From a virus (lineage: Duplodnaviria > Caudoviricetes), in the IMG/VR virus record IMGVR_UViG_3300037756_000028, positions 1 to 47,610 of that record: a DNA stretch of 47,610 nt, one strand, 5' to 3'. Positions 7,783 to 16,981 of the stretch are shown one piece after another. Positions within the stretch are counted from its first letter, which is position 1, and each line of letters begins with the position of its first letter. The notes below the pieces were generated by a model, which was not told the DNA's origin, did not search any database, and worked only from the letters and a program-made list of their open reading frames with translations. The position numbers and the translations under genes are program-made.

Positions 7783-8914
7783 CCCCTTCGCGGGGCTGAT
7801 GGGTACAGGCATGCCAACGCCTCCGCTGGCTGGCGGTAACGGCTTCAATGAGCTTATCCCCATGCTGGCGCAGGCGCTACAGGGCAAGCTGGGCGGTGCG
7901 CCCCTGAGTGGTGCACCACAAATAGCCCAGCAAGGCCCGACGCGCAACACTGATAGACCGGGTGAAGACCTAGCCCCCAGCCCGGCTAGCCCACAGACCA
8001 GCGGTGCACCCGCAGGTGGGGTCGAGCAGCCCGTTGGTCCACCGGCTATGTTCATCGCGCCTGAGCAGCGGCCGATCAGCACAGGCCAAATACCAGACAG
8101 CTATTATGCGTCGATCAGGGCCGCAGAGAGCGGTGGCAACGACAGAGCCAAAAACCCCACCAGCACGGCCACGGGCCGCTACCAGTTCTTGCAGGGCACT
8201 TGGCAGGAAGTGGCCAAGAAGCACCCGGAACTGGGACTGACGGCGGACGGCCGCTACGACGCGGGTCAGCAAGAGCGGGCGATCCGGGCCTTCACGGCCG
8301 ACAACGCGGCGGTACTCCGCTCCAAAGGCGTCCCGATTACGAATGGCTCGCTGTACGCGGCGCACTTCTTGGGCGCTGGCGCTGCACCGGCCGCCTACCG
8401 CGCTGCCCCAAACACCCCCATGAGCGCTATTGTTGGGCCCAAGGTCATTGAGGCCAATGGATTTTTGCGTGGTATGACGGCAGGGCAGTTCAGGCAGTGG
8501 GCGGAGAAGAAGGGTAACAAGGGTGGTGGTGCCGGTGGCATAGGCTTGTCCAGCCCTACCTACGACCAGATGTCCCGGCCTTCAGGCTCCGAGTATCAGG
8601 CCCCGCTGCAGGACTATCAGGGCAAGGGTACTATGAGTGCACAAAATGGCCTCGACTTAAAGGGTGACTTCAACACTGCACTAGCGGCACCGCCGGCGGA
8701 CCAGAAATGGGGCAAGGGTGGTGGCAGCGCGGGGAGTGGGAAGAGCGCAGAGACCTCGGGCACTAATGGCCGCAAGAACGAAGTCAGCCCGGACTTCAAG
8801 CGCTACCAAGCCCGGAAAAACATCCGGCATCTGCGGGGCATGAGCCCCGTGGCGACAATCCAAGCACTCGAAAACATCGGCAAGGGCCTGCGGGTCCAAG
8901 GTGGTGGGAGATAA
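7721..8914 (+). CDS. protein with a lysozyme-like/lytic transglycosylase domain and low-complexity flanks
   Basis: AESGG (catalytic Glu), ATGRYQF..TW, YAAHFLG; AGGAG RBS before ATG 7721. Confidence 0.8.
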   Translation: MAGLLSLLGGLNLPGLNPQSNPFAGLMGTGMPTPPLAGGNGFNELIPMLAQALQGKLGGAPLSGAPQIAQQGPTRNTDRPGEDLAPSPASPQTSGAPAGGVEQPVGPPAMFIAPEQRPISTGQIPDSYYASIRAAESGGNDRAKNPTSTATGRYQFLQGTWQEVAKKHPELGLTADGRYDAGQQERAIRAFTADNAAVLRSKGVPITNGSLYAAHFLGAGAAPAAYRAAPNTPMSAIVGPKVIEANGFLRGMTAGQFRQWAEKKGNKGGGAGGIGLSSPTYDQMSRPSGSEYQAPLQDYQGKGTMSAQNGLDLKGDFNTALAAPPADQKWGKGGGSAGSGKSAETSGTNGRKNEVSPDFKRYQARKNIRHLRGMSPVATIQALENIGKGLRVQGGGR

Positions 8915-8917
8915 AAG

Positions 8918-10384
8918 ATGCCCGTTGTACAGACGCACAAAACGCTTTTTAATCCAAACCCGATCCAGAATGCATTTATCACCAGTACGGCCCTAGCGGA
9001 CCTGTTTTCATCCCGCGCCGGAGAGGGCAAATCCACCGCCCTAGCATGGTCTTTCTTCTACTTCACCAAGCACAACCCCGGCGCTAACCTTGTCATGATC
9101 CGCGATACTTACGCGAACCTTGAGAAGACCACTCTGAAGTCGTTTTTCGAGTGGTTTCCACCGGGCGTATATGGCGAATACCACCAAGGCAAGAAGGAAT
9201 GGACTTGGTATGAGGGCGTTGCAAAGGGCACGATCAGCTTCATCGGCATTGAAGACCCTGCCGATGCGTCTAAACTACTTTCGTGGGAACTCGCCGGCTT
9301 TGGCATGGACGAACCGGCTCCGGCGTTTGGCTCTTCGGGCATCGATGAAAGCGTCTTCGACCTAGCCATGACCCGCCTGCGCCAGCCCAAGATGACGCAC
9401 TACATCGCTAAGCTGGCGACCAACAACCCCGACGAGAGCCACTGGACTTTTAGAAAGTGGGTCGGTCGAGAGCGCATAGAGGGCTTCAGGCTTCACCAGC
9501 CCCCGCAGCCCGAGAACGCGCAGAACCTGCCTGAGAACTACTACGAGCAAATGCGGAAGACGCTCGCCCACCGGCCCGATCTGGTCAGGCGGTTCGTGGA
9601 CGGCGAATTCGGCTTCCAGTCGGAGGGCGTGACGGTCACCCCGCAGTGGTCGGATAAGGTGCATTTGGCTAGCGGGCTCGTGGCAATTCCGCGCCGTGAA
9701 CTCCACCTTCTCTGGGACTGGGGGCTAAACCCGACCTGTCTGATTACGCAAAAGACCCCGATGGGTCACTGGAACATCCTCGACAGCATCGTGGGCGAGG
9801 GGATCGGCGTGACGGAGCTAATCGATGACGTGGTGAAGCCCCTCTTAATGGACCGCTACAAGGGCAACCCGATCTCGCATATTGGTGACCCGCAGGGCGT
9901 GCAGAGAGAGCAATCTAGCTCGATAAACAGCGCGGTGCGGGTGGTGAAGCAAAAGCTCGGCGGTACATGGCGGGCTGGTCCACAGAAATGGGCTCCTCGG
10001 CGTGACGCGGCTCAGAGCGTGCTATCGAAGCTAGTCGGCGGACGGGGTATGGTGCAGGTAGACCGGGACAGGTCGCAGGAAATCTGGTTCGCTCTGCGCG
10101 GTGGTTGGCACTACCACAAGGCCCGCACGGGCGTGGTGAGTGGTGAGCCAAAGAAAAACATCCACTCTCACCCGGCTGACGCGTTCAGCTACGGCGCAGC
10201 CATCCTGTTCCCCACCGGCAAGGCCCGCGAGGGCACCAAGGTCACGCCTAGCCAAGGCGGCTCTTACTTCGGCTCGCCCAACGAGCCCGCGCAGTGGCGC
10301 ATCGGGCCAGAAGGCACCGGCACGGCACCGCCTGCACATGGCTCCACTTTTCCGTCCACCCTTGCGGAACAGATCAAAAACTGA
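8918..10384 (+). CDS. terL: terminase large subunit
   Basis: PNPIQ, Walker A RAGEGKS, Walker B GMDE, TNNP, nuclease motifs WDWG, GDP and SHPADA. Confidence 0.92.
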   Translation: MPVVQTHKTLFNPNPIQNAFITSTALADLFSSRAGEGKSTALAWSFFYFTKHNPGANLVMIRDTYANLEKTTLKSFFEWFPPGVYGEYHQGKKEWTWYEGVAKGTISFIGIEDPADASKLLSWELAGFGMDEPAPAFGSSGIDESVFDLAMTRLRQPKMTHYIAKLATNNPDESHWTFRKWVGRERIEGFRLHQPPQPENAQNLPENYYEQMRKTLAHRPDLVRRFVDGEFGFQSEGVTVTPQWSDKVHLASGLVAIPRRELHLLWDWGLNPTCLITQKTPMGHWNILDSIVGEGIGVTELIDDVVKPLLMDRYKGNPISHIGDPQGVQREQSSSINSAVRVVKQKLGGTWRAGPQKWAPRRDAAQSVLSKLVGGRGMVQVDRDRSQEIWFALRGGWHYHKARTGVVSGEPKKNIHSHPADAFSYGAAILFPTGKAREGTKVTPSQGGSYFGSPNEPAQWRIGPEGTGTAPPAHGSTFPSTLAEQIKN

Positions 10385-10422
10385 TACCTTCAGAGCTTGT
10401 TTAAACAAAGGAACCCGTAAAG

Positions 10423-10764
10423 ATGGCTACAGTCCCCGGCTCAACTCTTGTTACGAATGACAAGATGGTTACCGTTACTTGGACGCTTGGAAACGCTGAT
10501 ACCGGCGTTGGCGTCAATATCCCGCGCTGGGCCGATCGGACGGTTCATGTTACTGGCACCTTTGGGGGTGCCACGATCTTGATCCAAGGCTCCAATAACA
10601 ACACCGATTGGCTGACACTAAACGATAACGCGGGCGTAGCGTTATCTTTCACTGCGGCTGGCATGAAAGTTATCCTCGAAAACCCGCTCTACATACGGGC
10701 CAGTTCGTCGGGTGGAACCGGCACCGATGTCGATGTCCTCATCAATGGAGCGGGCGGACAGTAA
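10423..10764 (+). CDS. small beta-sandwich virion protein (candidate spike base or decoration)
   Basis: All-beta Thr/Gly-rich 113 aa with a GTFGGAT..IQGS..W pattern. Confidence 0.55.
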   Translation: MATVPGSTLVTNDKMVTVTWTLGNADTGVGVNIPRWADRTVHVTGTFGGATILIQGSNNNTDWLTLNDNAGVALSFTAAGMKVILENPLYIRASSSGGTGTDVDVLINGAGGQ

Positions 10765-10770
10765 ACCCCC

Positions 10771-12927
10771 ATGTTCAATCGGCGTCGTCGTGGAGCACTG
10801 CTGATCGGGTCGGGCGGTGGGGTATCCAACCCTAACGCTCAGTGGCCTATCTGGATCGATGCGGATATCGATACAGTGGGTGAGCGCGACGATATCTCGG
10901 CTATGGCGGTCATCCTCCCCGACCAAGACAGCTTTTTACTAGCTGGTTTTACCTCTGGCCCGCCTGATAGCAACTCGGCCGAATATAATAACGTCTTTGA
11001 GGCGTACCGGATCGACCGCGCGACGATCGTGCGGAAGTCCACATATCCCGATCGTTATCAAACGGCGGACCAGCTAATTGCCAAGATCGTCGCGGGTCCG
11101 ACAACGGACGCTCCGGCTGTTGGCTACCGCGAAAGCGGTGACGCTGGCTATGCCGTCGCACACGCGGCTGCGCAGGCGATCATTGCTGGCGCTCTGGCAC
11201 ACGGCGATCCTAGTTCCACCTTCCCCGAGAACAAGCTCTGGATACTGGTGCAAGGCGGCTTCGTCAATATCGCGCAAGCCGCCTATGAGGCTGTTGAGCT
11301 TGGCGATCTGCCGGATTTCTTTGATCGGGTTCGTATTGTCGGCCAGCCCAACTACAACTCATGGTGGGCTCCGAACGCTTGGAACTATCTGTGGAACAAC
11401 AGCCACGGCGTGACAGACACGTTGGGCCTGTTCGGTGATGTCATATTTGTGAGCCCGTACTATCTGGCGCATGCCCTGAACCGCAACAACGGCGCGTCGG
11501 ACCTGACGTTCTGGAACACGGTCACTGCCGGTAGCGAAATGGGCGCTCATCTGCTCTCGACGCTGACAAGGCCCGGTGGCGCGTTCACTGATCCGTACTT
11601 CCGAGCCGGTGACGCCTGGCTCTGGTGGTGGCTGCACAATGCCCGACTGCTGCAGTCGACCGATCCGACCAACGTGTCGAACCCTGCTGGCGTCCTTCAG
11701 ACCTATGTCGGCGTCGATCCGTGGCCTTCGCAAACCGTCGGCTACGGCAATGCTGCTGGAACGGAAGGCACACCCAACCCGGAAACGGTCACATTCAATC
11801 CGAATGCCTACGCCCCGCCGCTGGCTATCGATAGTCCTACAGATGCACAAGCTGCGGTTCTTCTAGGTTCACTGGGTGACGGCCTGAATAGCTGGTACGG
11901 TCTCGCAGGTCGTATGATGGAACGTTACCAGTCTGGCTATACGATTATTGCCGATGATGATACAATCGACGAAGGGGCAACGGTTACATTCACTATTACT
12001 GGTGAGTTTGGCGCAGAGACGATCAACGTCGATCTCACAGGCATCCAAGCGGCCGATCTCGTAGAGAATACCCTGAGCTTCTCCGTCAACCTCGATAGTG
12101 CTGGTGATGGTTCCTTCTCGGTCACACTCGTTAACGACGAGACTACCGAGGGTGCAGAAATCATTACTGCTACGATCCGTGGCACTCCGATCACCGAGAC
12201 CGTCACAGTTGCTGACACCAGCGCAGCCAGTGGTGTTCCCGACCCGATCGCTGAGTTCCGTATGAACGACGGAGCCAGTGCTACTACGCAGACGGTGACG
12301 GACACCTCGCCTAACGCAAACCATGGTTTCCGTGGTCGCGATGGCGGCACCACGAGCGATCCTGACTGGGTTGCGACTGGCCTAGAGTACATCGGCACTG
12401 GCGATATCTGTCTCGTCCCGCACCATGCCTCCTACGACATGTCCAGCTTTGTGGTGGTCGTGGCCCTCCGGAACGATGCTGTGACAGGCGCACAGCAGTT
12501 CATGACGGACTGGGACAATGTTGGGACTACGCCTATCCCGAAATGGGCCTTTCGACTGAATGGCACTGAAGTCCAGTTTCTTGGTCGTGGTGCATCGCCA
12601 ACGACTATCGCTTCCTCTGGACTAGGGCAAGGCACTGGAGCCTCCCATCTCTGGGTCGCTCAGGTCGACGGTACTACCGTCAAGATCAGGAAAGATGGTG
12701 TCCAAGTCGCTACAGGCACATTGGCTAATGTCGTCCCGGCCACTGTTAGCACCAACCATTTGTCCATCGGCGCTCGCCGCAATACTACGCCAACCGAAGG
12801 CCTAGACGGCATCTTCCACCATGCCGCCATATACCCGATCATGTCAGAGGCCGACATCCCGGCGATGGAAGCGGACGTTGCGGCGATGGTACTGGCCGAC
12901 CACGGCGTGACGATAACGTTGCCATGA
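10771..12927 (+). CDS. multidomain protein: DUF1593-like (nucleoside-hydrolase fold), Ig/Calx-beta-like and LamG-like domains
   Basis: IWIDADID...RDD, Y.TADQL, LWILVQGG..NIAQA; NDETTEGAE; C-terminal DTSPNANHG...DGVQV...LSIGAR. Confidence 0.7.
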   Translation: MFNRRRRGALLIGSGGGVSNPNAQWPIWIDADIDTVGERDDISAMAVILPDQDSFLLAGFTSGPPDSNSAEYNNVFEAYRIDRATIVRKSTYPDRYQTADQLIAKIVAGPTTDAPAVGYRESGDAGYAVAHAAAQAIIAGALAHGDPSSTFPENKLWILVQGGFVNIAQAAYEAVELGDLPDFFDRVRIVGQPNYNSWWAPNAWNYLWNNSHGVTDTLGLFGDVIFVSPYYLAHALNRNNGASDLTFWNTVTAGSEMGAHLLSTLTRPGGAFTDPYFRAGDAWLWWWLHNARLLQSTDPTNVSNPAGVLQTYVGVDPWPSQTVGYGNAAGTEGTPNPETVTFNPNAYAPPLAIDSPTDAQAAVLLGSLGDGLNSWYGLAGRMMERYQSGYTIIADDDTIDEGATVTFTITGEFGAETINVDLTGIQAADLVENTLSFSVNLDSAGDGSFSVTLVNDETTEGAEIITATIRGTPITETVTVADTSAASGVPDPIAEFRMNDGASATTQTVTDTSPNANHGFRGRDGGTTSDPDWVATGLEYIGTGDICLVPHHASYDMSSFVVVVALRNDAVTGAQQFMTDWDNVGTTPIPKWAFRLNGTEVQFLGRGASPTTIASSGLGQGTGASHLWVAQVDGTTVKIRKDGVQVATGTLANVVPATVSTNHLSIGARRNTTPTEGLDGIFHHAAIYPIMSEADIPAMEADVAAMVLADHGVTITLP

Positions 12928-13856
12928 TGCAGTATAATCGGCGACGTAGAGGTATATTGTTACCGGGCGAAAGCGTGATACCAAGTTCCACGGTGTACGC
13001 CTATGGTGATAGTCTGGTGTCTTCGGCTTTCACAACGCAGCTTGCTTCGCAATTATCAAGAACTGTGAATAACCGAGGACTTGGTTCGCAGATAATCGAA
13101 CAGATCGCCATGCGGCAGGGCGGCAATGTTCCGACCGTCAATATTTCAGGAAACCAGATCGTTGTCGGTTCAAATAGCATCACGGCTTTCAACGGCGTTG
13201 CGATCACTAACTCAACGGACGGCAAGTTTACGCAGCTACTATCCAGACGCGACAGCAACGGCACACTTACGATTGACGCTTCGATTGCGGGTGTAGTCGG
13301 GACGATCCAGCGCACGGCAACGGGTGGCCCGCCCTCTACTTCGGAAACCTACACGTTTACGCCTGACGCCGATCCGGGAACTGTTTCCTGTCCCGCAGGA
13401 ACAGATGTTATCGTGCAGACACAAGTTGAACTTGCTTCGACACAAGTTATTTGGGGTGGTCGCAATAATAAAAACGTCAACAACTGGTCTATTGTTGCTG
13501 AAGTACAGAAGATGGTGGACGCCTTGTCCACGGTGCAAAGACGTTATGTTGTGCTGAGCGCTATAAATGGTGAATTTGTCGATGAGTACGCTGGCGGTGC
13601 GGCTTACGATAATCTCATAGTGGCAAATGAAGAACTTGAGGTAGCTTTTCCAAATAGTTATCTTGACATTCGGCGCTATCTGATCGATGATGGCCTGACC
13701 GATGCAGGGATCACACCAACAGCACAAGACATTATCGATATCGGCCGTGACATTGTGCCAAGTTCACTTCGTGCCGACAATATCCATCTAACTGCGACAG
13801 GCTATCAGCTTGTAGCCGATTACGTCGCGGCTTTCATGCTCGCAAAGGGCTGGTAA
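12924..13856 (+). CDS. SGNH/GDSL hydrolase with an inserted beta domain
   Basis: Blocks GDSL, NRGLG, GGRNN and DNIH. Confidence 0.85.
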   Translation: MMQYNRRRRGILLPGESVIPSSTVYAYGDSLVSSAFTTQLASQLSRTVNNRGLGSQIIEQIAMRQGGNVPTVNISGNQIVVGSNSITAFNGVAITNSTDGKFTQLLSRRDSNGTLTIDASIAGVVGTIQRTATGGPPSTSETYTFTPDADPGTVSCPAGTDVIVQTQVELASTQVIWGGRNNKNVNNWSIVAEVQKMVDALSTVQRRYVVLSAINGEFVDEYAGGAAYDNLIVANEELEVAFPNSYLDIRRYLIDDGLTDAGITPTAQDIIDIGRDIVPSSLRADNIHLTATGYQLVADYVAAFMLAKGW

Positions 13857-13866
13857 GGAGTTTTAA

Positions 13867-15675
13867 ATGGACTACAATGGTTCCCCTATCAAGCCCGAGA
13901 TTGGCCCCACGGACGATCTGGAGCTTCTGCGCATCCTACAGGGCTACTTCCAAGAAGCGGACAATGCCCGCAAGTCGGGCATGAACCCACGCGATCAGAA
14001 GTGGCAGCAGAACATCGACCTGTACTGGAACCGCTATGACTTCAGCCAGAAAGCCAGTTGGCAGGCCAAGGAGGTCATGCCGGAGGTCCCGATGTACGTG
14101 GACAGGTTCGCTGCGGCCATGAAGGACGCGCTCGACACCGGGCAGTTCTACACGGTCGTGGACCCCTTTGACCAAGAGAATGACCTCGGGGAAGCCATTC
14201 AAAGGGTCATGGATATCTGGCTGACCATGGTCGGCCGGAACCAAGTCGGCACGCCGTTGAATTACTCGTCTGTTTTCGAAGAGCAGATGAAGCTCGGCGC
14301 TCTCATGACCACGGCCAGTGTCACGGTCTGGAAGAATGACGTCTACGGTGGCCGGGTGGCTATCGAGAACATGGATCCCCGGTTCGTCTGGCTGGACCCG
14401 ACCTACCGGAACCTGTACCGCATCCGCCGCACCGAGATCGACAAGCACGAACTCATGAACATGGCCCGGATGCAGGACAGTAAGGGCGACAGCCTGTTCG
14501 ATCTGGCCAAGATCAACGAACTCATGACCGGGCTCCTGATGGAAGACCTCGCCAAGCGGGAGAACCTGACGGGCGGTGGGCAGCAAATCACCTCCACCCG
14601 CCAGCCGATTATGCTGGATGAGTACATCGCGACGGTCGTGAACTCGGAAGGCAAGGTGCTCGCGGATCAGGCTCTCATCGTGGTCGCCAACAACCAATTC
14701 ATCGTCAGGGGTCCCGAGAAGAACCCCTACTGGCATGGCAGGGATTGGATGACCTATGCGCCCTTGGTCACCGCCCCGCTCTCGCCCTATGGCCGCTCCT
14801 ACATGGAAGACTTTGGCTCGGTCGCCAAGACCTTCACGGAACTTACCAACTTGATCCTTGACGCGGTTCATGCTACCAGCATGAAAGCTTACGTCATGGT
14901 CCCGAACATGCTGATGGACCCCTCGCAGGCGAACGGCGGCATCCACCCCGGGAAGACGTTCTTTCTCGATGACGGGTACGACGCGAAGCAGTTTGCCGCA
15001 GCGCTGGACCTCGGCCAGCTTGACGCTGGTGGCGTTCAGGTGTGGCAGAGCATGAAAACCGAACTCTCGCAGGCGAGTGGCATCAATGAAATCGGAATGG
15101 GCCAGTTTGCCCCGAACTCGCGCACGTCAGCCACGGAGGTTAACTCCACTATGGCGAACTCATCGGCGCTTGTGCGCTCGGTGGCTCAGACGGCAGAGAG
15201 CCGTGTGGTAAACCCGCAGCTTGATTTGGTCTGGAAGACCGGCCTCCAGCATGTGGACAAAAAGGACCCCCGGTTTGCTCGGGCAGCGGGTGAACAACTC
15301 TGGGCCGCTCTCATGGGCAGGCGCAAGGAGCTAATCAAGGCCCCGATCACCTTCCAAGCCAACGGCATCAGCGCGGTGATCCAAAAGGGCCAGATGTTGC
15401 AGTCAGTTTTGCAGCTTTTGGGCGTTATAGCCCAGAACGAGAACCTAACCCAAGCCTTTATGCAAGAAATCGACGTAAAAAAGCTTCTAAACCTTCTATT
15501 CCGGCTCTCGAATGTCGATATAACCAAGATGCAGTTGTCTGAGCGCGAGAAGCTCATCGCAGAGGCCGCTGCACCACTTCAACAGGCCCAAGCGCAGGCC
15601 CCGGGTGCCGCACCAACGGCTGGAGCAAGCGCAATGGGCCCCGTAGCCCAGATGATGGGTGTAGCAAGAGGATAA
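13867..15675 (+). CDS. portal protein
   Basis: 602 aa; YGRS motif, GQ..P..RTSATEV; position in the head module. Confidence 0.88.
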   Translation: MDYNGSPIKPEIGPTDDLELLRILQGYFQEADNARKSGMNPRDQKWQQNIDLYWNRYDFSQKASWQAKEVMPEVPMYVDRFAAAMKDALDTGQFYTVVDPFDQENDLGEAIQRVMDIWLTMVGRNQVGTPLNYSSVFEEQMKLGALMTTASVTVWKNDVYGGRVAIENMDPRFVWLDPTYRNLYRIRRTEIDKHELMNMARMQDSKGDSLFDLAKINELMTGLLMEDLAKRENLTGGGQQITSTRQPIMLDEYIATVVNSEGKVLADQALIVVANNQFIVRGPEKNPYWHGRDWMTYAPLVTAPLSPYGRSYMEDFGSVAKTFTELTNLILDAVHATSMKAYVMVPNMLMDPSQANGGIHPGKTFFLDDGYDAKQFAAALDLGQLDAGGVQVWQSMKTELSQASGINEIGMGQFAPNSRTSATEVNSTMANSSALVRSVAQTAESRVVNPQLDLVWKTGLQHVDKKDPRFARAAGEQLWAALMGRRKELIKAPITFQANGISAVIQKGQMLQSVLQLLGVIAQNENLTQAFMQEIDVKKLLNLLFRLSNVDITKMQLSEREKLIAEAAAPLQQAQAQAPGAAPTAGASAMGPVAQMMGVARG

Positions 15676-15679
15676 AACG

Positions 15680-15772
15680 ATGCTTTTGGGTTTCATTTTG
15701 GGTGTGGTTGTAACCCTTTTGGCTCTTGTGCTGTACACTATCTGGTCTTTATTTACATGGAGCCAGCCTTAA
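15680..15772 (+). CDS. 30-aa membrane peptide
   Basis: MLLGFILGVVVTLLALVLYTIWSLFTWSQP; GAGGA RBS; exactly fills the gap between genes. Confidence 0.5.
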   Translation: MLLGFILGVVVTLLALVLYTIWSLFTWSQP

Positions 15773-16069
15773 ATGCCAAAATTCAGCACAGAACCGACGC
15801 CTGACCAGCTTTTAGAGCTTGCCACAGGGGCTAAATATCAGGCCCTTGCGGAGCCCCTAAACGCCGATATGAACAAACTAAAGCTTCAAGTGGAGCAGCG
15901 TGTGTACAAAGCGATCTCCACAGGCACTCTAACCCCCGAAATGGCACTCCAAGCGTGGTACGAAATGCACTCGTATCACCGGCTGATACAGAAATTCAAC
16001 CAACGCATCAAGATGGGGGTCTCACAGGGTGAAGCCCTGTCGCCCCAAATAGGAGAAGACAATGGCTAA
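15773..16069 (+). CDS. small helical head-module protein
   Basis: Lies between portal and scaffold; GGAG RBS. Confidence 0.7.
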   Translation: MPKFSTEPTPDQLLELATGAKYQALAEPLNADMNKLKLQVEQRVYKAISTGTLTPEMALQAWYEMHSYHRLIQKFNQRIKMGVSQGEALSPQIGEDNG

Positions 16070-16832
16070 GACGAAGAAACAGGATATCCCGGCAGCACTT
16101 CAGGGGCTCATGCGCCCAGATTTGCCTTTTGACGACACGTCGCTTGAAACTCGCAACTTTGGCGACACGTCGCACGAAAAGGCCCCGGATTATTCGGCCC
16201 AACTAGCCGAACTGACGGCCAATATGAAGCGCATGGAAGAGCGCAACGCGACCCTCGAACGCACCAATATGGCCCTGATGGGCCAGCCGCAGGTGCAACA
16301 GCCGCAGTTTGGTCCGACCGAAGTGGACACGAAGGGCCTCCCCGATCCCGTCACCGACGCGGAAGGCTATGCGCGAGAGTTAATGAACCGGGCCAACACG
16401 GCCTTGAACAACCGGCAGGCCATCGCCAAGTACAATCAGGACCAGCAGCAGACCATTCAGGAGCGGGTGAACGGCATCTGGGAACGCTTCGCCAGCGAGC
16501 ACAAGGGTTACGCCGACAAGCAGGAATTGGTCGAGTTTGCAGCCTCCAAGGCCATGGCAGCGGCTAAGGCGCAGGGCATGGACCCGAACAAATACATGTT
16601 CTCGGCCACCCCGACGTTCTTCAACGATGTCGTCAAGAACCTCAAGAGCATGGGGATCAATGAGCAGGAAGAGGAACAGGAAGACGAACCGGTGACACGG
16701 ACGGCTGGGATCGCTGGTGGTCTCGAAAGCGGCGGTGCTATGAGCAAGGGCAAGGACCCGGACGAACAGCGCATCCCCACCCTCATGGAAGAGCTTCGTG
16801 GCTGGAAAGAAAAGACCGGCTTCTACGCCTAA
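16062..16832 (+). CDS. capsid scaffolding protein
   Basis: Coiled-coil, acidic and Q-rich; immediately upstream of the capsid gene. Confidence 0.7.
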   Translation: MAKTKKQDIPAALQGLMRPDLPFDDTSLETRNFGDTSHEKAPDYSAQLAELTANMKRMEERNATLERTNMALMGQPQVQQPQFGPTEVDTKGLPDPVTDAEGYARELMNRANTALNNRQAIAKYNQDQQQTIQERVNGIWERFASEHKGYADKQELVEFAASKAMAAAKAQGMDPNKYMFSATPTFFNDVVKNLKSMGINEQEEEQEDEPVTRTAGIAGGLESGGAMSKGKDPDEQRIPTLMEELRGWKEKTGFYA

Positions 16833-16850
16833 TCAGACCAACTAACCGCG

Positions 16851-16876
16851 AAGAGGGGCCCTAGTGGCCCCTTTTT
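16851..16876 (+). terminator. intrinsic terminator
   Basis: AGGGGCC-CTAGT-GGCCCCT followed by a T run. Confidence 0.75.
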
Positions 16877-16885
16877 GTTATACTG

Positions 16886-16915
16886 TTGACAAATACCCCT
16901 ATCATCGTTTAAACT
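16886..16915 (+). promoter_or_regulatory. sigma70-type capsid-gene promoter whose -10 overlaps a GTTTAAAC box
   Basis: TTGACA, 18-nt spacer, TAAACT. Confidence 0.6.
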
Positions 16916-16981
16916 CACAGCTTGTCAGGGTCCTCGGCCCAACAACTAACCGCCCAGAGGGGCACTCAGGAGAATACACCC

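Noticed and set aside
10771-12960. Tat signal peptides (RR motifs) on the two accessory proteins
   Set aside because: There is no hydrophobic h-region or cleavage site after the arginines.
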